Shown: one piece after another, positions 37,489 through 49,119 of the stretch
Layout: every line of letters begins with the position of its first letter
Numbering within the stretch: position 1 is the first letter of the stretch
Origin: Fistulifera solaris
Taxonomy: Eukaryota
Reading direction: 5' to 3'
Assembly (NCBI GenBank): GCA_030295235.1
Contig: AP026164.1
Coordinates: 1,240,001 to 1,304,000, forward strand
Length of the DNA stretch: 64,000 nucleotides
The notes under the pieces: generated by a model
Seen by the model: only the letters and a program-made list of their open reading frames with translations
The model's database searches: none
What the model was told of the DNA's origin: nothing
Translations under genes and position numbers: made by a program

Positions 37489-40400
37489 TTAATTCTTCAT
37501 ACTCAGCGGAGTAATACCGTTGACATCCTCCCTGTCCTCCGAAACACCAAGCCGCTTCAGAAATTCAACAATCTTGTCGCGTTTATATTCGTGCGCCCAC
37601 CACATCGGACCCCGCCCATCTTCGCTGCGAAGATGCGGAACAGCGGGATTGGAAGCAATCAAGTCGTAGAGCTCTCGCATCTTGCCCTCCGAAATCAATT
37701 CCCAGACCAAGGTCGTCAACTCGTTGTTCTGCCAATACTCTCTGTCGTTGTACTTTTCAATTGCATCAGCTGATAGTTTCTTCACCGTATTCTTAGGCGC
37801 ATCGCTACCTTCGGGGCGGTGTTTCTTGTTCAAGTTTTCAAAGTAATCCTTGGTGTAATCATCGTCCCCTTCCGTCTTTCTGTTGAAATCCTCAAGTTGG
37901 GCAAAGTCACGTTTTTGCGCTAGAATTTCCTCCAACGCTGGAGGGTACCGACCAGGACAAAACCAGCTACCTGGAGCATCACAAACTCGGTTGTTGAGGA
38001 CCCATTGCTTACTTTCCTCAGAAACGGACTGGATTTTGTAAATACGAACTTTTCCGTACTTGCTCGTGAACACTTCGCGGAACCGGTTGCGGTCTACGAC
38101 AACTCCCGGATTGATTCCATTACTATGCAGGGTGTAGAGTAGACTCTCTCTCATATCATCAGTGGGGACGCGATTACTCTGGAAGGATGGCAACGCGAAC
38201 GAAGAGAAAGGTCAGAGAAACAGCAAAAATAAGCTTTTGTCCTGCTTGATGAGTACTTACGTAGAAGCCAAATTCTCGACAAGTAGGTTCTTTACAGAGG
38301 CCTCGGTAAACGGAATTGGCGATGCGACGCAAGTGAGGGGATTTGGCCAAATCATCACCACCGCCACCGGCCCAAATAAGTACATAGTCTGCAAGATGTC
38401 TTGCAATGCGATGAGCTTCCTTCTCTGGAGCCGTCAAAATTCGTCCCAGCAGAGCAATATGCTCATGGTTCCAAGTATTTCCATCAGCAATAGTCGTACG
38501 ATTAGCAATGCCATTAATCTGGTATCCATAATCCCACCACGCCATAATACGAGCATCTTCAGGAGTATTCTGCGCTAGCCACTTGTAAGCTTCGCGGTAG
38601 TCATCCACAATCACAACATCCCCGTCTCGAGTTCGTGCCTTCTGAATAATGGTGGGATGGGAGATGGATTTGGCCACATCATGAGAGCGCTTATAAAACT
38701 CTTCAACATAAGGTTTTCCTCGACGAATGACATACACGGCTGCAGCAACACGTACTCCACGGAGAACCCATGGCATTGTGGACCGCTGAAAGTCGCGCGT
38801 TTCCAATTTTTCTGTCTTTTCATCCAGCTTTTCAGACGAATCCGTCTTCTTATCCTTTTTTGTGTTCTTGCTGATCGGCTTACTTTTCTTGGATACTTTT
38901 TTGTCGATTGGTGGTTCGGTATCCGTCCATGCGAAGAGAGCCGATAAAATACCCCAACTGAACAAGCGTCCAACTACAATTCCACCCAATATCGAAGCGA
39001 TCGGTGCTGTTAGTAAGATCAATCGGACCATCTTCAGCGAAAAGTAATAGGCAGCTATTCCATAAATTAGCAAAAAACTGCTGCTGTCGTTGTAACCAAA
39101 CAAAAGCGTCATTGTCAATCCATAGGGTATAAGCTTTACGACGTGGTGCAGATACTGAAAGTAAGCTTGTTCCTGTTGAATATGCGACGAGGACGATGAG
39201 ATATAACCAAGCCTGCTTAAAACTGGACGCTGCGGAGATGTCTTACCGACGCTGCCTGATGCTCCGCTACACTATCAACGAGCGGGTTGCCAGTCTTGGT
39301 GTGTTTGACAAACAATCCTCGTACTCGAGAACTGATCGGACCGAAATAACCCTGCCCCAACAAAAGGTACGCCAAGGCGGCTGCAACCAGCCCGGCGGCC
39401 ATGAAAACGGTAACTCGAGCTTTCCACGTTTGGACGACTCCCCACTTATGTTTGCGTTTCTGAACCTCGACAAGCTCGATCAGCTGCAGACTAGCAAAAC
39501 CAATCAAAGGTGCCATTTGTTCTAGAGATCGCAGTGGTGTCCATCCGACGACGGGCACTGTCGTTGCCAAGGCCGTACCAAAAACATAGAATGCCGTATA
39601 CGCACGATGCAAGCGTTGCGAATAACGTCCAGTGAGAACCAACCAACCGGCATGGGCAGCTACCATGTTGACGACGAAGACATATCCACCCCACGCAGCT
39701 ACCATGTAAAAGTAAGCGACGCCCGTGAGAAGTCCCAGAGCCGTCGTGATCCACAAATTGTTCCAATCCTCTCTCAAACTGAAAGTCCAACAGCAAAACG
39801 TAAGAACCATAGCAGTCATGGCAACGGATTCATTGTCGTATCCTCCACCAATGGAACGTAGCAAATGGGCCGGAATCACGCTCATGATAAAAGCAGCCGA
39901 AAGAGCACATGCCATCGAAACAAAGGTATTATACTGGTCGTTTTGGGTAGGAGGACGCAACCCCATGCCGAAGAACTTGGAACAACCTTTTCGAGAAGAT
40001 CTAGACCGAGGCGAACCAAAGGAACGACAATGTATTTATAGATCTCTCGAATCAGCGGAAACTCTGACAGTATGGATCCTTGCGATGCCTGGTGACGAGT
40101 ACACTCATAAGTCAACCAAGTAACCGCTAAAGTGGCAGAAACTCCGAACCAAGCTGGAATGAAGACGCAAATATCATTGATGCTCCAATCGTTGAGAATA
40201 TGGTTCTTGATCCAAACAGCCGTAACTTGCATACCAGGGTAGATGGTGGTGCCAACAGGGCGTCCCAGAGGATACCAGACCATGTAATCGAACCACTTTG
40301 AAAAAGCTTTCCATCCGTTTGCGTAAAGATACTATTAAAAGGAGTGAGACGGAAGCCACACCTTCTCAATTTCCGGCACAAGACGCCTCGCAAACCGAGC

Positions 40401-40624
40401 GCCACAAATGAAGCCGTTTTCCGACTCGACATCAGAAGAAATATTGCAATTCTTACCTCAGTGCTTTTATAGTTAAAGTAAGGATCGAATTCATGTATCA
40501 CTCTCCCATATTCCTTGATTGCATACAACCTTATCTCATAAGCTTGTTGGGCAATCCAATAGAGGCATTGAAGGAAGCCGACAGCGAGGAGAGCGTTCAC
40601 CACCGTCAGAGAATCTTTCGACAT
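37489..40624 (-). CDS. STT3: Oligosaccharyltransferase catalytic subunit STT3 with a C-terminal ankyrin-like extension; introns 40332-40456, 39173-39246, 38179-38260; frameshift ~39985
   Basis: IHEFDPYFNY, WYPLGRPVGTTIYPG, RSIGGGYDNESVA, SVAEHQ, WWDYG, DGNTWNHEHIA, DLAKSPH. All three introns are GT-AG and preserve frame. Confidence 0.93.
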
Positions 40625-40769
40625 TTTTTTGCCCAATCGACGCCGAGATACACTCAGAAAAATGTTACTTTGTTATTGGTGAGACCTGAATTGGAAGAGA
40701 GAAGATAAAAAATCGACTTTACACTTGGATGCTTTCCTTCCTTCGCATTCGAAACAACAATGATTTGGT

Positions 40770-41088
40770 TTACGGTACGGTGTACGGTACCGTACTTTGT
40801 ACTGGTACCAAGTTACAAAGTAGAAAGGCATTGGCAAAACGGTGACGGTGAGACAGTGGGCGATGCGCGACGCGCGACGCTGACAGAGACAGCCGTTCAA
40901 AATCCACACTGGTTTCGAGACTGATATTTAGTACATAGTATTTTACAGTCGAATGATTCGATTCAATTCAAAACAAGTAACATATCCTATAGGTACCGGT
41001 ACCAAATAGTCTTATTTATGTTTGCGGTCATTTTTCGTAATCACAAATAATAATGTATCCGGTACCAGTACCGGTACCTGGTACCGGT
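40770..41088. repeat. Clusters of GTAC/GGTACC/TACCWGGTA palindromic microrepeats in the STT3/PDZ-protein divergent intergenic region
   Basis: tacggtacggtgtacggtaccgtac (~40771-40795), aggtaccggtacc (40991-41003) and ccggtaccagtaccggtacctggtaccggt (41059-41088). Confidence 0.75.
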
Positions 41089-41268
41089 GGAAGCTGAAAA
41101 AACACAATGGTGGATAATGAGTCGTACCGGTAATGATGATAGATCGTGACTGATTTGTTCGTGCCAGTTGAAATCCATCCATCCGTGTTATAAATAAGGT
41201 GGTAAGAATGGCGGGAGTTCGACGAATGATTACCATCATTCTTCTCATAAAACTAACACCGTATCAAC

Positions 41269-42652
41269 ATGAGATCCTTTTTATCAGTATTCGTGTTCTC
41301 GTTGATCGCCGTTACGGCCACAGCCAAGCAGAGCCCCACCACAGATGGCTTGATGCCCGTCCCGGCGCCAGAACGTGATTCACAGTCTCGAAAGCCAACA
41401 CATTCTTTGCTTACAATGCCAACGCAAAATCCAACGTCCTACCCTGAATTGTGGAAGACAGCTGCACCGTTCCCGTCGCTGAAGGACAATACAACCTCTG
41501 CGCCCACCGAACTTCCCAGCACGCCGTCCCGTTCTGCTTCCAGTTTGTCCCCGACAACAGATTTCCTCTCCGAGTTTCCTTCCATGGTACCTTCCTGGTC
41601 AATGTCACCGTCCATGGAACCATCGGTTGCACCCGTAGTCGCTCCAACCAAGCGACCAACCAACGGCATCATTATCAGCTCCGTCAAGGTCAGCGGGTTA
41701 CAGATGAAACTCACCAATGTGGGGGTGCTACTCGAGACGGATAAGTGGGAGCTGGAAACTGAGCAAATGTACAATGAATATCTCGAAGATATGATATGCT
41801 CGGTTATCTTGGTTGGATCTCAGGTCAGCGATGACAAGCGTCAAGTCAACACTATCACGTTCGACCTTGTTCTGCAGTCGCATTTTGTGATGATTACCAA
41901 TTCAATGCAATATGCCGTGATGCCATTTCAAGACAACGCCGCCAACATTCAGTATGGGAAAAAACTCCGAACGCTTACCAATTTTGGACGATTATCTCTA
42001 CCAATTCCAGTACCGGAAACCCCGCAGCGGGGGAGATGAAGACGACAAGGACAAGTTGTTCCTCATTGGAAAGCTCAGCACGCACGCGATCTTGGGGATT
42101 GTTGTCGCAGGACTCTTGGGTTTCATTTACGCCGCCTATCGTTTCAATCTCTGGAGCCAAAGCCGGGAACAATCCAAGCCATCGACAGAACCTAGGTGCA
42201 CATTCCGAATTTCATCCGATGACGACGTGTCCACCATTGGGCCGATCGACGAAATTATGGATAGCGAGAAAGGGGAAGCTCCCAAGAATGTCGACGCGGA
42301 AGTCTCAAAATCGGCCAAGACCATGCGCGTCGGCAATTCTCTTGAACTGAACTCGAGTCGCAATCAAGGTAACGAGTTCGAAGGCGAATTGATCGATGTT
42401 ATTCTCCCCGCGGGTAAACTGGGAATCGTCATTGACACTCCGGACAATGGCTTGCCGGTTATTCACGCCGTGAAAAGAACTTCCGCCGTCCGCGATCAGC
42501 TTCGTGTTGGCGACAAGCTGTTGGCCATTGACGACGAAGATATTCGCGACAAGACGGCATTCCATGTATCCAAAATCATCTCCAGTAAAATGTTCAATCC
42601 TCAGCGAAAATTCACGATTGTGCGACCCTATGACATCATCCACATCACTTGA
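41269..42652 (+). CDS. Type-I membrane protein: signal peptide, S/T/P-rich ectodomain, one transmembrane helix, cytoplasmic PDZ domain (frameshift at G-run ~42029-42033)
   Basis: Signal peptide MRSFLSVFVFSLIAVTATA; transmembrane helix AILGIVVAGLLGFIYAAY; PDZ GKLGIVID..VIHAVK..LRVGDKLLAID. Confidence 0.8.
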
Positions 42653-43404
42653 GACTTCGAAGGAATCGAAAATTTGTGTTCAATACCGTGACAATAAACA
42701 ATAGTAACAGACCACTTTGGCTTTGATCCGAAAATAGCGACCATACTGGTAATGCGTAGAATGATGCTTTCTTCTGTCGGAAAGTCAATCAAAACTTGCA
42801 AGAATAAGAAGCAATGCGCAAACTAAGACAAACGTCTCGTTTTTGAGCATCCTTTTCCCTTTCATGATCGATGATTTCGGGCACTCTCTATTCTGCAGCG
42901 GAAAAACCGATTTTCGAGCCAAGATAAAATCCCCGTGACCCGCGATAGCTCCGCGCACAATCGATAAGGTATTCGCTTTCAAATGATTAAAAAGAGGCTG
43001 CAGTTGGGTTTATTTGTGACCATAGATTATTTTTTTGCAATGCGACACGCCGCCGCGGTGCCTGCACCCTCACTCATGACTAAACAAGTCGTGTAGAAAG
43101 GTCGCTTACATTTTAGAGCTATATCCATGGCGGAATACCGCCTGACTGGATTTTAGTCATGAGAACTATAGTGCATGCTGCTCAAGTTTACTTCCATTTT
43201 TCGATGCATTTGGAATTTGTCATCTTTATCTACTCATAAAGCTGGGTGTAACTGACAGGAAAACTTAAACTCATCTAATGGCGATATCAGTTGACAATGT
43301 TGACCTTAAGCGTTTTCCCAACATCGAGAACAAGATAAAGATGCTACAATCACAACAGTCCCACAGACTAGAAGACTTTCTCTCAAGTGTAATAAACCAA
43401 AAAA

Positions 43405-44586
43405 TTACTCGTAAGTTAATTCATCCACATTTTCAAAATCGAACAGCATTCCGTACTCCAAATCGAACTTCGACTCCACAGCCACTCCGATCCCAGTACC
43501 AGAGCTTTGGTAATAATAACCCGCCTCATTGATAAAAATAAGATAGACTTCTTCACCATGTGAGCCTTCGTAGTTCACAACTGATCCGTCCCCAGCGACA
43601 AAAAGAGGGTCCCCTTTTCTCACAAGCTGGTAATCACGATCTTGTAGAGATTTGTGAACCATTAACGCTGGAAAATTCGGGTTGTCGGGATCACAAGGCC
43701 ACTTGATCTTTCCCGAAATTTCTCCCGGCCTTATCGCAGGAGCCGTACGAAAGCAAGGGACCCATCCATCCGGAAACGAATCTTGAAGGTATCCATAGAT
43801 ATCCTCTCCCTTATTCACGCGCTGTAAGAAATCCAGAATTGCATGCAGCGCCGCCTCTGTGTTCTCTACAGCGTCATGACGTAAGACGCCGACTGGAACT
43901 GGTCCTACTTCAATCGTAAAACCATGCTTTGCGGCCGATGAAAGGTTGGGACGATGCATCCGTTCCGGAATGGAATGCATAAGGCAACGGGAGCCGGGAC
44001 ACTTGAGTGACACGTACGCAGCAGCTTGGGCCATGAGTTCATCGCCTTCAGGAATGATTATTGTTGTGCCCATATTACTGGTAGTCGAGTGCAGGTCAAT
44101 ACATACATCGACTTCATGGCTGTTTTCATCGCATTTCGAACCCAGTATTTCGTCCAGTTCTCGAGCTCGAATACTTTCTACTGTATCAAGGCGAGGTTGA
44201 TTGATCGTGTTTCTTGATAAACTTTCATCAATCGCACATAACTTATCCACGACGAACTCGCGATTCAGATCCGTATCGACAAATCGTTTGTTGAGTAAGT
44301 GTGCTTCGGGGTTTCCCAGGATCGTTTCTAATTGCAAAGACGGATATTTGCTTTCCCACTTCTTGCGTTGCATTTCCAACGATTTTATGCACCAAACGCC
44401 TGCGTGTGAAATTGCTTAGCCGTCACAGCACTCGACGACGAAAGCAAGCATGAATGATTTCGTACCTGTGTATTCGTTACCATGCGTTCCTCCAACGATC
44501 ATGACGCGGTTGATCGGTGAGGACAGCGCGCTGCATACGGTAATAATGCAAACAAGTGATGATATGGCAGCAATTGAATTTATCAT
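43405..44586 (-). CDS. Aspartoacylase-family (AstE/AspA) zinc hydrolase with an N-terminal signal peptide; intron 44400-44465
   Basis: Spliced product MINSIAAISSLVCIITVCSA-LSSPINRVMIVGGTHGNEYTGVW, followed by RFVDTDLNR, DLHSTT, IEVGP and FINEAGYY. Confidence 0.88.
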
Positions 44587-44925
44587 TGTTGTTTAGTTCT
44601 GGCTCATTATGATTTTTTTTTAAGAAATAATGAACCACATGCCGACTTTATTATCGAACGTTCTGCGCATTTTTCGTTTTTTTCTCGTTGCGCCAAATGC
44701 CGAAACGAAATTCGTGCGCAACGAAAACGGTGTGATACCATGAAGCGTGACTTGTGTGACGTGTCATTGTTGCATAGTCATTTTGCCGCTGGGACATTGG
44801 ACTCTGTCGTTGTAGGAGACTTTAAGGTTGAGCGGCTTAAGTTAAGGTCCATGTCCAATAGACTCCAGCCAATTACTCAAGTCTATTTCCAGACTAAGTG
44901 ATGCTATGTATCGCCAACAATCTAT

Positions 44926-45750
44926 TTATGAAAATTCTGAATGCCCATGCATCTGCGATTTAAGCTGGTACAAAAACTTGCCCGGCGCAACGTCAGTAGA
45001 CAATCCGCCGCTTTTTGCGAGCAGTTTGTTTATCCTGACAATAGCTTTTCTGTTTCGAAAAGAGGATCTCAGACGTGGCCAAAGATTCGGGTTTTCTTTG
45101 ATCATGATATAAAAAGCATCAACGTTTCCTACCTGCAAAGCACAAAGCAACGGCGTCGATCGCGACCGAGTTTCCGCCAATACATCTGCTCCGCGACTCG
45201 TTAGAAGTCTCAATAATTCATTTCGTTTCCATTCGATTGCTCGAAATAGTGGTGTCCGCCCTTCCTTATCTCTGGACGCCACGGAAGCACCATTCTGCAA
45301 AAGATATTCTGCAATAGCTATTTGATCACGACAAACTGCTCGGAACAAAGGTGTTCGGCCTAGAGTGTCTTCGAGATCTATAGTCGCACCATTTGTGATA
45401 AGTAATTGGACTGCCGATAGATTGCCTCGGTAGCTTGCCCAGTACAAGGGCGTCTGACCACAGGCATCGGAGTGATTCAAAGCTGCACCCTTGGCTAAGA
45501 GAAGCTTGATGATTTCGACATGCCCTCCATAGCAAGCTTTGTGAAGAGGCGTAGATTCCCGCTTATCCAAAGCATGGATACCCGCACCAAATTCGATCAG
45601 TAGTTTCACATTTTCTACTATCCCTCTTCTACAAGCGATGTGCATCAAAGTCCATCCGTCTCGATCTTTGGTCTCGACTTGTTCCTCAGTGAGCAGGAGA
45701 GCGAGCGTTTCTTCATCACCATCTTGACACGCATGAATGAGGGGTGTCAT
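44926..45750 (-). CDS. Ankyrin-repeat protein (about 6-7 repeats)
   Basis: Repeated TPLHxA..G...V.LL...GA motifs. Confidence 0.9.
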   Translation of the reverse strand: MTPLIHACQDGDEETLALLLTEEQVETKDRDGWTLMHIACRRGIVENVKLLIEFGAGIHALDKRESTPLHKACYGGHVEIIKLLLAKGAALNHSDACGQTPLYWASYRGNLSAVQLLITNGATIDLEDTLGRTPLFRAVCRDQIAIAEYLLQNGASVASRDKEGRTPLFRAIEWKRNELLRLLTSRGADVLAETRSRSTPLLCALQVGNVDAFYIMIKENPNLWPRLRSSFRNRKAIVRINKLLAKSGGLSTDVAPGKFLYQLKSQMHGHSEFS

Positions 45751-46315
45751 AACTGACCGAACAGGTGTATTATCATGAATACAAGCATTCTTTTCTTCCA
45801 ATTTTTGTGGATTTCGATGCAATAAAAAACGAAACATCAAGAACGTGGAAAATCTCACCCTTCGTTTCTATCGCTAAACAGATCGCATCGGTACACTTAT
45901 GCTAGGAAGGAAACGTCAATTAACGTTACTATAGATCTCGCTTGTAAGCGACCAATTTTCACGATTCAACTTCAGTCATGAATCGCATTTGTTAAATAGT
46001 CCATTCTCAATTACCTTAGCTCCGTTCTGCACACTCAATTAGCACAAAATCGCCATAATCAAGAAACAACTATATCTCAAAGCGAGCCAAGCATTCAGAC
46101 CTCAATTTTTTTATCTTCGTTCGTCCTGCGCTTACAATTGTTAGATGGCAGAAGGTACTTTTGAATGCAAGGTGATTGTGCTGTTGGCTATATGCCGTTC
46201 GGCCAGGTGTAACTTCCCCAAGGTACAGGTTGTAATAAATATATGCTACAAAACAAACTAGAAAGCAATGACATCGTATATTATAGTGTAATAACCGGGT
46301 AGAGTTCAACTAAGA

Positions 46316-48040
46316 CTACAACACCAGCAAGAGAGTCGAGAACAAGAAGGTCACGGCACCGAGACTCTGCAACTTTGAGCTGCCAGACGATACAGGCGTC
46401 CCGCCTTCTTCACCAACTGGACTAGGTGCCGCTACAGGCGTCAAAGAGGGCGCTGCCGCGCTGGGTGACGGAGCAGTTGCAGGCGGAGGGGTAGGGGCAA
46501 TATCGGTTGTGGGAACGGCCGCAGGTGCAGGAGTAGGAGAACTATCGGTCGTCGGAGGGGATGGACCAATGGGGGCAATATCAAGACATTCTAGTTCGAC
46601 AGACGCGCATACTGCCACGAGAAGGGTTGATTGAATGAACGTCTGATTGTCGCTGTTTGCAGCGCCCGCAACAGACACAAGCGAAGTGTTCGAAGCTTCA
46701 TTGCAGCAGTTGAAACCCTCTCCAATCGCGATACACGAGGTGCAAACCAGCCCTACGAATGTTGATTGTTGCGTCTCTGTAACGGAAGGCGCAATCTCGC
46801 AATCATCTCCAGCTCGCAGGACGTGTAATTGATAAAATTCGTCGAGACTCAAAAACGAATCTCCGTTCGCATCAGCAGCGACAATATCTTCATAGCACCC
46901 AGAAAAGCCGGTAAAGTTCGTAGTGACATTGGGCGGCTCCAAAACCTCACCACCACATCCAAATACATCACTGGTGAGGCAAATGGAAGACAAAGTGCTG
47001 TCATCGATCGATTCGAGCGAAATGGTAGTGGTGTTATCGGAGAGGCATTCTGCGGTAAGATCAGAAAGACAAGCCAAAGAGGCAAACGTCGCTTGTTGAT
47101 CAACCTGCAATTCGGTAATCTCGTCTTCGCATTCGTTGACCGCATTGAGAAAGCCAAGATATTCCTCCCGAGTGAGAGCGCCATCACCATCGACATCTGC
47201 TGCCGTGAGCTCGTCGGAGCAGTCTGTCGAAGTGACATTGGGCAGGGTAACGTTCAAGTCGATTCCGAGGCCACACGGGAAAAGTGCAATCGACTCTGTC
47301 AAGCCGCAGACGGTTTGAAGAGCAGCCGTCTGTTCATCGGAACGTCCATCGGAAGCAGACAGGCCCGCAACCGAAATGTTGCGATTACTGCTATCCAATG
47401 AGCAAGAAAGAAATTCTTCAATCGGACACTGTGACAAAACAATGCTGCTGTAAACTCCCTGTTGATAAATATCAAATTCGTCTTGATCTTCAGCAGAGCA
47501 ATTACTTGGCAAGGGAGCCAAAGTCTCGAACTCTTCTGTAGTGATAATGTCATCGCTGTTTGCATCCGCCGCGGTCAGCTTTTCCAAACACTGACTAAAG
47601 GCCTCTTCATCGACGGTCGGAATACCCGTTACCGGTTCGCTCACCGAGCAGTTGGAGATCACGGCGCTGGTACTGTCACAAATCGTTTGTAGCGCAGTCA
47701 ACTGTTCACTGGTTCGATCCGGATTCGCGGCGCCGTCGATTGAAAGCTGCAAATCAAAACAACAGCTCGGAAGAGGACTGCAAGTGAGACAGGTATCTGC
47801 GGACAGTCCGGTGTAAACTCCCAATAACAGCAAATCCAATGTATCAGACGATTCATAACAGTCCGGATAGAGCGCACTTCCGTACGCGTTCGCAAATGCG
47901 AGAAATTCGGTATCTTGTTCGAGCTGACCGTCGGCGTTGGCGTCACTGGCCACCAATGCCGGAAAGCAGGTCGTTTCGTAGTCTTGAGCCAGTGCTACTA
48001 CCGAAAGCAACAAGGCCGACACAGTGTAACGCAACAACAT
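46316..48040 (-). CDS. Secreted, probably GPI-anchored acidic protein with four EF-hand + Cys repeats and a Pro/Thr/Ala stalk
   Basis: Signal peptide MLLRYTVSALLLSVVALA. Loops DANADGQLEQ, DANSDDIITTEE, DVDGDGALTREE and DANGDSFLSLDE. C-terminus SSGSSKLQSLGAVTFLFSTLLLVL. Confidence 0.8.
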   Translation of the reverse strand: MLLRYTVSALLLSVVALAQDYETTCFPALVASDANADGQLEQDTEFLAFANAYGSALYPDCYESSDTLDLLLLGVYTGLSADTCLTCSPLPSCCFDLQLSIDGAANPDRTSEQLTALQTICDSTSAVISNCSVSEPVTGIPTVDEEAFSQCLEKLTAADANSDDIITTEEFETLAPLPSNCSAEDQDEFDIYQQGVYSSIVLSQCPIEEFLSCSLDSSNRNISVAGLSASDGRSDEQTAALQTVCGLTESIALFPCGLGIDLNVTLPNVTSTDCSDELTAADVDGDGALTREEYLGFLNAVNECEDEITELQVDQQATFASLACLSDLTAECLSDNTTTISLESIDDSTLSSICLTSDVFGCGGEVLEPPNVTTNFTGFSGCYEDIVAADANGDSFLSLDEFYQLHVLRAGDDCEIAPSVTETQQSTFVGLVCTSCIAIGEGFNCCNEASNTSLVSVAGAANSDNQTFIQSTLLVAVCASVELECLDIAPIGPSPPTTDSSPTPAPAAVPTTDIAPTPPPATAPSPSAAAPSLTPVAAPSPVGEEGGTPVSSGSSKLQSLGAVTFLFSTLLLVL

Positions 48041-48630
48041 TCTGAGAGATGAACTAGGTTGAGTTAGGATTATGTCGAAGGTAAAGACCATTTAACGTCG
48101 TCTTGATATCGATCGTCTTTTGAGATTAATAAAAACGAAAGATTCTGTTGCAATGCAAGTCGGCGGTGTGGCGTGATTGGATTTGTGTTGGGTGTCGTCG
48201 GCGCCGAAGAGTTTTGTCACTGTTTGTCACGCCGGCACACATGGCATTTAGGGGATTTTAGTACCGGATACGACCAGTCACTATAGCATTTGTTGTGGGT
48301 GCGACTTCTATCGTGCTTCGGAAAAACGGATTTGAAATTTTTACGACGCGCAAGGAGGGGAAAAGTGGAGGGAAAACGCAGAACGACATCGACGCGAAAC
48401 AAGACGCACAGCGCTAATCGCTACAGTACCGCAGAAACAAGGATGCATTATTTATCGTCGATGATAACGGGTGTGACTAAGTCTGTCTGCGTTTACCTAA
48501 GCTACTTCCTAAAACGATTTGCTCCTGTTTTTAAAGTTTCATAGATGCAAAGGAAGTATCAAGATCAACAGAGTGCGCACCGGCATCTATTATTTTAATT
48601 TTCTTAACACGGGGTGCTCCTACAGTCAAC

Positions 48631-49014
48631 ATGGCTCTGGAGGAAAGAACAGATCTTTTAAATGAGCTTTTAAACGAACAATACAGAGTCACACAGGAAT
48701 ATTGCAACGCTCAAATAGCACTCTACAATGCACATACAGCTCGATCGCCGAATCACGAGTTTGATGCAGCGTTTGTCCATTACGAACTTGCCACCGAACA
48801 AGTCCAGACGAATCTACAGAAAATACTCGCTTTTCCGGATATAGATGAGCACAAACAGCTTACCAAACGTATCTTGGATACAATTTTTCGTCAAGGAGCA
48901 TTCTGGGAATCTGGGGTAGCGATGAACACAACTTACGATGAGAAATCGACTCTAGTTTCTTTGTCCATTTTGCTGGCATCTATACAAAGAACAAAGGAGA
49001 GTGCGGCATTTTAA
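48631..49014 (+). CDS. Hypothetical 127-aa helical protein
   Basis: ATG-initiated intact ORF with protein-like composition in an intergenic gap. No family recognised. Confidence 0.5.
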   Translation: MALEERTDLLNELLNEQYRVTQEYCNAQIALYNAHTARSPNHEFDAAFVHYELATEQVQTNLQKILAFPDIDEHKQLTKRILDTIFRQGAFWESGVAMNTTYDEKSTLVSLSILLASIQRTKESAAF

Positions 49015-49119
49015 TCTATTAGTATTAGTAGAAAATGGCGTCCAATTCATTGCTAATACATTGTTTACAAGCTAATAACTAAGTGATCTTCGTCTCGCTA
49101 GTAGATAGATGCCATCATC

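Noticed and set aside
40770..41088. CRISPR-like array
   Set aside because: No constant-length repeats with unique spacers, eukaryotic context and no cas genes.
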